From assembly GCA_032718475.1 (NCBI GenBank), contig JAUCBJ010000606.1, forward strand, positions 50,944 through 114,943: a stretch of 64,000 nt of DNA, given 5' to 3'. The position numbers were made by a program, and so were the translations under genes. Every line of letters begins with the position of its first letter. Position 1 is the stretch's first letter. This document shows, piece after piece, positions 39,867-49,900 of the stretch. The notes beneath the pieces are model-generated. The model saw only the letters and a program-made list of their open reading frames with translations. It did not search any database and was not told the origin of the DNA. The DNA comes from Nemertoderma westbladi. Lineage: Eukaryota > Animalia > Xenacoelomorpha.

Positions 39867-40804
39867 TTAAATTTATTAACAGTGGCCCCTTTATAATATC
39901 AAAATATAAAATATGGCCCTAAATTCATAAATTAATTTTATTGATGTCTATTGGCAGAAATAGACTGGCAGACAGACATGTGTCAAACGGAAAAGACAGG
40001 GGGAAGGATAATTGGGATTACAATCAGAGATGTGAGGCAAAGGTGGCTTCTACTGCTTGCCTTGCCGTTTGCCCATTGCCTTATAAGTTAATAATAAAAG
40101 TAAGTAATAATAGTAAAGTGAAATTCTCCTCCAGTTTCGTTATTTATGATACGTTAAGCTGAAACTTGTGAAATCAATACTATAATACAACCTGCGCTGC
40201 ATCATTGGGGAGAAACTGATCCAGGGCCTATGCAGATTTTTAAGTTTTTTATATGCAGTTTTAAATTTCACAAAATTTAAAACCTTCGATATTTCATATT
40301 TTATAATCATTTTGACGTGATACCTGGCAATCATTATAGTAATAATTAAGGTGCATAATACTAGCTCAGGCACATTTTCCATACAAAAACGTGCATTTAT
40401 AATCTCTGTACCTGTAAATTTCAGATTATATCAGGCTCAGCATATTATAGTTAACCCTCTCCCCTCATATCTCCCATACCGTTGTTTACAGCAGTTATTG
40501 TATTATATAATAAATAATATCCACCAAAATCCCAATTGAAGTGCGATATCAAGATTTCCTTAGAATATTCCCTGAATTAGAAATACCGAGATATGAAATG
40601 GCCCTAAAACCCAAAACAAACATATTAAATGGCCTTCCTAGGAAAATACACTCATGTTAGATTGAGTTCATATTGTACAGTTAAATTACATTAAATTTAT
40701 TAACAGTGGCCCTATCAAAATATATAAAATGACCTTTTAGATTTACAGTAAATATATTGCAGCCAATTGGAAAATATAATTTGGCAATTGGCAATTACGA
40801 TTCC

Positions 40805-41226
40805 CCGTACTTAGTTCCAATTTAAGCCTCATCCGAATTTAGTTCCAATGGAAAATAATTTAGTTCCAATGGAAAAGAATTTAGTTCCAATGGAAACGAA
40901 TTTAGTTCCAATTTTGGCGAATTTATTTCCAATTTAGGCGAACTTAGTTCCAATAACTAGAGAAAAAAGTTCGTACCCATTGGAACTAAATTCGCATCCA
41001 TTGGAACTAAATTCGCATCCATTGGAACTAAATTCGCATGCATTGGAACTAAATTCGCATCCATTGGAACTAAGTTCGTTTTGATATTCTGGGATTGGAA
41101 CTAAGTTCGCCTCGATTGGAACTAAGTTCGCTTTGTAAAATTTATTTTGGAACTAAATGCGTTTCAATTGGAACTACATAAGTTCGCCTTTGAAAATGTG
41201 CGATTGGAACTAAGTTCGTGCTAACC
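40805..41226. mobile_element. Fold-back MITE made of ~20-bp subrepeats
   Basis: GAATTTAGTTCCAA units (40810-40955) facing TTGGAACTAAATTCG units (40980-41220). Confidence 0.75.
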
Positions 41227-41396
41227 TTATGAGTTACCAGTGGAGCACGGGCCTTTTAGTATAAGCCACATATAGAATTATATTCCCTAAATGCCGTGGA
41301 TTTTCAAAATTTTATTTTATTCGAATTAACTTTGTAAAGATTGCTTTGAGTTCTCATTAGTATTGGTTCTATCTATTATGCATCTATCGGTCAAGT

Positions 41397-41483
41397 GGTT
41401 CAGTAGCTCAGTTGGTAGAGCGTTGGAAATTATAAGTGTAGTAGGTATCGAGTTCGAATCCTAGTAAGTGCGAATTATTTTTT
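41397..41483 (+). ncRNA. Degenerate tRNA-like/Pol III cassette in LTR U3 (second copy 57926-58012)
   Basis: A box TAGCTCAGTTGGTAGAGC, B box GAGTTCGAATCC, downstream T run; acceptor and T stems pair poorly. Confidence 0.6.
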
Positions 41484-41680
41484 GTGCAGAATTTCAACTC
41501 ATTTAAATTAACCGCTACAAATTAATTGCATTTGTCTGTACCAATAAGGCTGTAGTTATTTGATTGTAACCAATGTCGTGCAAGTTATATATTAGCTGGA
41601 CCAATAAGCTATCTTTAAAACCTTGTTAGAACCCATAGAACAATCGAGAATTTTCTCGATTGATTGCGGCACAAATTTAG

Positions 41681-41790
41681 TATATAAAGGTGCGATTCGT
41701 TCATTAGTTATCAATCACTACTCAATCTACCTAATACAATCATTTATTCTGTCGTGCTTAGTTTATTCTCAGATTACATTGTATTATAAT
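41681..41790 (+). promoter_or_regulatory. Putative LTR TATA box, initiator and poly(A) signal
   Basis: TATATAAAGG at 41681, TCATTAGTT about 20-28 nt downstream, AATAAA at 41783 followed by a T-rich tract. Confidence 0.55.
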
Positions 41791-43190
41791 TGTATCTTTT
41801 GTAATAAAAGTCAGAAATACTAGTCACATCTCAGCTTTTCTATCTGTTTTACTATGGTTTCGCTACGGTGAACAAACTCAGGGACAGGATGGCCGGCTAG
41901 AGATCGGGCCGCAGCAATGAACGGGAACATCACGGGAATGTAGACGAGAGACAACCCGCAATACCATCTAGTGTTATTCGCCCATCGCCTGAAAGGTTAG
42001 ACAGCGTTCGATCCTTGCTACCTAAGTGTAAGACCAAAAGATCAAAGGTAGACGTAGTGACACGCTGTAAGCCCAAAATTACATCATAGGGACTGTACTG
42101 TCTTGATTCAGGAAAAAACCGCAGTAGACCTTCATATTCCTACGGGGGAGGAGAGAGAGCAGATACTAGTACGCAGATAGGACGTAGGCACACCGGTACA
42201 AGGCATACACATTGGTTAGGGTGCAGCAAACTGTACGCTTAACTCTTGCTAAGTACAGGTGTGTGTGTGACTATTTGCAGTACGACCGTGTCTATTACAT
42301 CAGAACTTGTAGGCTAGGGGGTTGCTGTGTTTTCACCTGAATTGGGATTGTACCGTTCAGGCGGTAGGGCAGTTTACGCTAGGCGCAAATAAATCGAGGC
42401 TATCAGGGATATACTAACATCTACCGTGTCCCGCCAACGCCCTAATAGGAAGTTACCTGGACTACCTGGGTGACTAAAATTCTAGATAGGAGCCAGGATA
42501 GCTATTAGTACCCGTACGCCTACAGTAGTAAACTAACACATCTCTTCTTAGTATCAGGGACCTGGTACCTAAAATTGCCGAATTCTGGGCGTAGTATTAA
42601 CCTTATGCCTGAATTTGAGTCCTGGAAATACGCAAGAGGGGAAGGAACCTTATCATTCGTGAGTATTGGACCTACAAGTTATAAAATTAGAATATTCGTA
42701 AAATGCACACCGTACCCAGTAATTATATATGTGAAGGAGCAAAACTGCTTTTGACCGTTCAGAATTAACACGCGCGCGTTAGAAATTATTTACACCTCAA
42801 AATATATAAAATTAACTTTCGTCCTTACTGCACTTTGCTCGCTAGTTAGACATCTCCAAATCTGCTCTATACCTAACTAGCGTCCCTTTGCCCAACCATA
42901 TAAATCACACCGCGGCAAAGTATACGAGCCCCTTAGTCCGTCAGTGAGTCAGCCTGATTTTAGGATTCGCTGCGCGGGATTTTGTTTTATCGAAGTTTGT
43001 CTGCTCGTAGACTGTTTTCTGCCTCACCGGTTAAAAGAGATCGATACTGCAATATATTCGCTTACTTGGGGTTTACTGTTTTGGTGAGAAGGTCGGATTT
43101 ATGATTTGATTTACAAACTTTACAGTAGGATATTGCAGGTATTGTTACCGTCTCTTCCGATAGTAGGAATAGGCGTATCTCTCCAATTTA

Positions 43191-43219
43191 GTAGGAATAT
43201 GTTTTACTGAACTACGGTT
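43191..43219 (+). promoter_or_regulatory. Putative non-tRNA primer-binding site
   Basis: GTAGGAATATG directly abuts the 5' LTR, lacks TGG, and is the exact reverse complement of LTR 42133-42143 (CATATTCCTAC). Confidence 0.55.
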
Positions 43220-43997
43220 CGGTAGGACTAAAGTTTTTTGAAAAATTTGTATTTTGAGGTAAAAATTTGTATTTGATTAGCTAAGTGCTAATTTTTTGAA
43301 ATAAAATTTGATTTGAACCGCGTGTAAAATATTTTGGAATTGAATACCGGTGTTTAAAAGGGTTTAAATACCATATTGTACCGGTACAAAAATTTTCGTA
43401 AAGTAAAACCTAACTCTTTTGTTTTTCAGGATTCAGAACTCATTTCTAGACTGTAACGGGAGCAAGACCGTGTTTAGCAAGTTTGGGAGATAGATAACTC
43501 AACAACTTTGGTTGGGAAAATCGCGTTTCGTCCGCAACGTTAAAAACGGAAAGGTTCACGTCCGGTTTGTATCTGGGAATCTGTTTTTCTGGAGAATTAT
43601 TGGAGTGGGTGAGTTCGAAAAGTTGCATAAATAAGTTAGGCATTACCGTATTAGTTAAAATTATTGTGGGTTCCACTGTCTCAAGTATTTATGCATTCCG
43701 TACGATTTCTTTGTTCATTGCTGAATTAGTCCGTATTATTGTATTTAATTTACCTTTTGATAACGCATATCGTTATCCGATTTATTTGTTGTAAAATTGG
43801 CCGCTAGGCTAATTTTATTATATACTTATTCCGTGACATTTATTTGCTGTAAAATTGGCCGTTTAGGCTAATTTTATCCATCTGCTATAAAATCGGCCGG
43901 TAGGCTAATTTTATATGACTGTAATTAGTACCGTTTTATACAAATACGGTAAACTCGATACTTTGACACTCACTTTACTTGACTTACAACTACCGAA

Positions 43998-46900
43998 ATG
44001 AGTGACAAACAAGACTATACGAAGAACACACAAACCGACTATGACTCATGTGACGCGGATAAGTCAGCAGCGGAAGAACCACAGGGGAAGACTCGCGAGC
44101 CTACCGAACCTACACCGTGTGCGTCACCAGTACATCCAACGGGAGTACCGGATGCCGTAGTACGAGGCGACGGCAGGACCGAGGACTTTCTAACTGTTCC
44201 GCAACCTAGATATAGGGAAACGGAAATGGTAAGTTCAGCAGGAAGCACAGAAAGTGTGGTTAGAAGCGTCGGAGGATACATGGCGCATATAACCAGGAGC
44301 ATTGGAGAAGGCCAACGCATATTAGACGGGTTGACCGCTCCGATGTCTCGATTCGAGTTCTACACCCTCCAGGTTAGAGTACAGAGTAAAGTATATAAGT
44401 CCGTAGATAATTTAGTTGGCCTACAAGATCTAGCTAGACAGAGACAGGACATGGATACTCAACTTAGAATCCTCGAGAAACTAATGATCACTAGAGAGAA
44501 ACTGATTCAGTTTAAGTCGACGATTAGACAGATACAACAGGAACAAGCGGACCAGTTGTTAGGTGAGTCAGTTTCGGACGAATTATTACAGCCCGAGGAA
44601 GAACAGGAACTGTACCGACTGGATGGACAATTGAAACACCTGACGGATCACTTGCGCATGTGCGGCGAAGACGTCGGGGATTGGGAAACCGTGCCGGAGG
44701 CTACGAGGGAAACTTCGCTCGCACAAATCGAATCAGCACCGGGAATACTGGACCAATCGTTGGTAAGTATTCGTAGCGAAATCTGCGAGGGAAGTATAGT
44801 CACGTCAGAAGTTGCTCGACAACAGCAAGAATTCCACCGACAACGACAAGAAGTGGAGGAACAAGCTCAACTTCTAGTGATGCAGGCAGCAGTAGAAGAA
44901 GAGAAGCTACGCGTTGCGAATATAGCGAGAATCTCTCATCTACAGGAACAAGCTGAATTAGAAGCAGCTGAAGTAGAAAGGTTAGAGCGAGACATTGCCC
45001 GACAAGCGGCAGCGGCAGCGGCCGAGTCAGAGCGACAAGCGGCAGCGGCCGAGTCAGAGCGACAAGCGGCAGCGGCCGAGTCAGAGCGACAAGCGGCAGC
45101 GGCCGAGTCAGAGCGACAAGCGGCAGCGGCAGCGGCGGAATTAGAACGAGACAGGTTAGTTTCGGAAGCACGGGCCGAAATGAAAACACGGCAAATAAAA
45201 GCTCAATCCGCCATACGACAAGCAGAGTTTGAGGCGCAACAACGACAAACGGAACAACGAGAGAAGACAGCTAAACTTCATTTCGAACTTGAGAAGAAGA
45301 CGAGAGAATTAGCGAACGCCGAGGAAGATCTGGATCAAAAGGCCCGCGATCGATCGATGAGATCTCGTGACGGACATGATTTGGACCAGTTAGAGGTAAG
45401 ACATCGCCAAATTCAGGAACGGAAGAAGGAAGGAAGCGTAGGAGCACCCGGACGGGAACGACAATTAGTAAAAGACGTGTGTCAACGATTCCCACAGGTA
45501 ACTCATATGTTTGCACCGGTCACGACTAAGGAACTTATTTCGATTGCTGGTAGCAGCGATATCTCTCCTATCCATGGTGTGACGGAACACAGGTTTGTTA
45601 TTCCGGACAAGTTTACACCGCCAAGAGCAACGTCGTCGCCTATTCCGAAAGTCAAGGTAAGTAACCCACCGATTGCAGATCGTAGTAGTTTATTAGTCGG
45701 ACCTGCACTACTGACGACAAAACAGGTGAGTCCACCTTTGACACCTAAACCCGTTACGCACTACGATTACCCAATGACATTTCGGCCTACAAGGCCTTTG
45801 GATTCAAACGCGGTCGTCCGACCACCAGTTCAGTTTACGTCGCAATCTACGACTTCGAGGAAGACTTGTGAGCCTACCGAACAACGGAGAACAGTGGAGA
45901 CGCGACCATTCAACCAGTTTACATCGCAATCTACGACTTCGAGGAAGACTTGTGAGCCTACCGAACAACGGAGATCAGTGGACGATGTTCCGAAACGAGC
46001 CGTTAGAATTCGAACGACGCAACGGACGCGAGCACGTCGACCACCATATCCAGATGATAGTAGTACTTCAAGCGAATCGGATTACCCGAAACGCGAGGTA
46101 TTTAGAACAGGGGCGGCCGACGAATATAAACGCGAGCGTTCAGACAACTCCTTTGCAGACAATCCTCCACAGAATACACCAACACAGAAGGCGTTACAAC
46201 CAACGAACGCAATTAGTACACAACAGTTCGCCGACATTCTGCGACCAGTTGTTAATAAGTTGGCTCAGATCGAGGAGCGTCTGGAGGAAGTTCAAACCGA
46301 CAGTTCGAGAAATTCCGAATTCGAACACAATAGACACCCGAAGGGACCACAAAGACCGGTACCTTCAAACCCCACATCGTATCAGGGAAAAGCGCCAAGA
46401 AGGGAGAACATCAACCAGACTACCAACCAAGGACGCGAAACTCTGAACGTTGCCGAGGAGATAGCAAAATTCGCAGCCAGACAGGGATTGCCGGTACAAC
46501 AACCACCGAAGTTTTCCGGTAGCTCGAAACACTGGCATACCTTCGTAGACTATATTGAATCCCAGATCGCCGTGTGCGCCTTTACATCACGAGAGAAGTT
46601 CAATTACTTGCTCCAAACGTTGTCAGGAGAACCTAAACGTTTGGCGGAGACTTTCGTCGGTGTACCAGACGCTTTCGAACTAGCGTACGATCGTTTGACT
46701 TCGATATACGGAGGTACAGTGAGTATGGCCAGGTCAGTAATAGAAGAACTCTGTAAGGGAGGGGCTATCACTAAACCCGTCGACTTACTAAAACTGGCCG
46801 ACGAGATTAAGAACGCTATCACTACCTTAAGATCAATTGGACAACTGGATTACGGAAATACCCCGACAGTTTTATTAAAGATAATAGGACGACTCCACCA

Positions 46901-49900
46901 TCGACTTCGTCGGGAGTGGAGGAAGGTCGAATATCAGCGAGAGGAGCGAGGAGGATTCCTAAAATTAGAAGATGTGTACCTTTTAATATCCAGGGAGGCG
47001 GTAGTAGAGACTCGATCTAACTATACCGACCAGCACATCGTGGCAGAAGGGATCACACTGCCATCCTCCAACCGACAAAAACCCCAGACAACATCCACAA
47101 AGACGGCCACTTACGCCACACCGACGGAATCACGACAATTCTCAGACGGTAATAGAGTATCTGCGCCCATTGGAACGAAACAGACGAGACAGCAACTCAG
47201 CGCCGACTTCAACGGCTGCCAATACTGCGAACATTTAGGTAAGCGGTATATTGGTCACAAGTTACGAGGTTGTCGACAATTTCGCGAGTTGAACTCAGAA
47301 GAACGACGGCTGCAGATACGGCCACTGGACTCTTGTTGGCGGTGTACGCGACACGGACACGTCCGTAAGGATTGTCCAAATACCGACACTTGTCCATCCT
47401 GTGGACGCAACCACGACGGTCTGCTCCACACAGACAGCCACACGCCGACGAAACGCTTCGCCAGGGAACACCCGGAAGCAGCAGCGAGATGTGATGCGGC
47501 TTACCGAAAACGGGAATCGAAAACGACTCCGACTTTCGTGACCCATATAGAGGATTGCTTTTCAGAACAATCCGGATCGTCGGACGAAGAATCAGAAGAC
47601 GACGAATATTCAAATGGAGACGAACAACCGTCAATCGCGCTCCTGACCACTGACCAACTGAAGGGATTCAGTGTAATCCCGATTAAAGTTACTGGCACAA
47701 AAGGGAGCAAGAGGATTTACGCGATTCTAGACTCAGCCTCATCTCACAGTTACGTAGATGAAAAGATAGCTGACGTCGTAACAGATCTTAGACAAGGTAA
47801 GCACGTCAGTTATACAGTAAGTAGTATGCACGGCCAGCGTGCAATACCAGTGACACGAGTTAAGTTGGACTTAGACTCTCTTCTTCCAAAATCGCAACAC
47901 AGCGAGAGGGAGAGGTCTTTGTTGCCCTTTAGAGATCTAACCTTTGCGGCCACGAAGGACTTTAGTAACCTACTAGGTCCAGTGCCGGAACAATCTCTGG
48001 AGGACCGTAAGTATTTCAGACACCTTGGTGTACCCGAATGTCCTGTCAATTATAGATCGGTAGCAATGCTGATCGGGACGGACCAATTCAACCTACATCA
48101 GGTGTGGGAAACCAGACCATCGGCAGTTGTAGCAGGAAACGCATACGCCTGCAGAACGCCGATAGGGTGGTATACTCGAGCGCCTGTGCGCACACTAGAC
48201 GTAAGTGACGAGGAAGACGACGTACAGAGTACATGTAGTTTATTGACTACAAACTCAATTCATTCCTTTTCACACGACGTGAACCATACTACGCTACAGT
48301 CGACAAAACATCACAGACGTGTAACTAGTATGATAAGTCACAAGGAGCAGCTAACCCACAAGGTGAGTTTAGAAATTGGGGGGAAGATGAGTCAGCTAGA
48401 GATTCCATCGACGACAGATGATAGGCTTGCGAGTCTACCTACCCCAATAACTTCAACAGTGCCCATCGATATCGACGATGACGCGTTGAAAATTCATCAG
48501 TTGGAACAAGCCGCCTTGGACAAAGAATTAACGGAGAAGACTATCAGGTGGTTAGAACAAGATACAGCTGAACCTGGTAGCTACGACCCTTGTATGTCGG
48601 AACAGGAGAAACAATCTTTAAAGATCATGGAGGATACTATCCGACAGACGGAGGACGGACATTACGAGGTGGGGATGTTATGGCGTAGCCAAAGTCCTAA
48701 ACTTATAAATAACTACCCACTGGCTTTAAGACGTCTACACTCAATCCGACAACGTCTATTAAAGGACGAGAAAGCCCATCTGCAGTATAACACTCAGATG
48801 GAGACGTATTTGACGAAGGGATACGCTATCCGAATGACTAACCCGGAGCGAGTGACAGACCAGACGTACTACTTGCCACATCACTATGTGAGACATCCCG
48901 ACAAACCAGATAAAGTACGCGTAGTCAATGACTGTGCGGCTCTGTTTGAGGGAATGTCCCTCAATAGTGAATTGATGGATGGACCGAACATGAATAACTA
49001 TCTTATGGGGGTGATTATGCGCTTCCGTCAGCGTCAAGTAGCCTTTACTTGCGACGTAGAAGCGATGTTTCACCAAGTGAAAGCGTTAGAGCGAGACAGA
49101 GACAGTTTGCGGTTTCTCTGGTATCCGGAAGGGGACTTAAGTCTACCACCAGCGACTTACCAAATGCAAGTTCGCGTTTTCGGTGCCAGAGACAGCCCAA
49201 ATTGTACGATGTACGCCTTGAAGCAAGCCGCTAGAGATCAGAAACATCTGTATGACCCAGAGATAATTAGAATTGTAGAACGTGACTTTTACGTTGATGA
49301 CGGTTTACAAAGTTGCGACACAGTAGAACGTGCTACAACAGTAGCACATCAATTACGGGACTGCTTGGCGGGCGGAGGTTTTAACCTCACCAAATTCGCC
49401 TCAAACAGTGCCGAATTAGTTGACTCATTCGGAACTACTGAGCGTGGAGGTGGTGATATAGACCTAGAGTTCGAACCACTACCGACGACTAAGGTGTTGG
49501 GGCTCTTTTGGGACCCAAACACAGACAACTTTCGAGTGAAGGTGAGACTGGACAGTCAAGGAGACACACTGACCAAGAGATCATGCTTGTCAAAGTTGAG
49601 CCGATTGTTCGATCCGTTAGGATTCATCAGTCCAGTAATACTGCAAGCTCGCATTTATATGCGCAGTATATGGAAGGATGGACTAACGTGGGACGAGCCG
49701 ATCTCATCAGATCAAGTGGACTTATGGAAGACCTGGGAGGCGGAATTGTCTTCGTTAGAGGATTATTCCATACCCAGGGTTTACTTTCCATTACAGAGTA
49801 CATTTCCTGACAACTTGGAACTACACTGTTTTTCTGACGCCAGTGACAACGGGTTTGGTGTGGCAGCGTATTTGCGCAGACAAGTAGAATCGGACGAGTT

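Larger units (their letters stand above)
36210..40740 (+). repeat. ~700-bp tandem repeat, about 2.5-3 copies, interrupted by different insertions
   Basis: ATATCAAGATTTCCTTAGAATAT.CCCTGAATTAGAAATAC...GGCCCTAAAACC recurs at ~36312, ~38002 and ~40546; an inverted diverged copy lies at ~59770-59960. Confidence 0.8.
41271..43190 (+). repeat. 5' LTR (1920 bp)
   Basis: Matches 57800-59719 with no differences noticed by eye; TATATAAA at 41681, AATAAA at 41783 and 42388. Confidence 0.96.

Noticed and set aside
41397-41470. Functional tRNA gene or tRNA primer encoded by the element
   Set aside because: Acceptor and T stems do not pair and the 3' end is not complementary to the PBS.
41623-41823. 66-aa ORF duplicated at 58152
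   Set aside because: Duplicated only because it lies in the LTR; TTG start, overlaps the TATA and poly(A) signals.
41860-43190. Hammerhead or other known ribozyme in the long LTR
   Set aside because: No CUGANGA...GAAA core with proper stems found by eye; an Infernal/Rfam scan is needed to exclude other classes.
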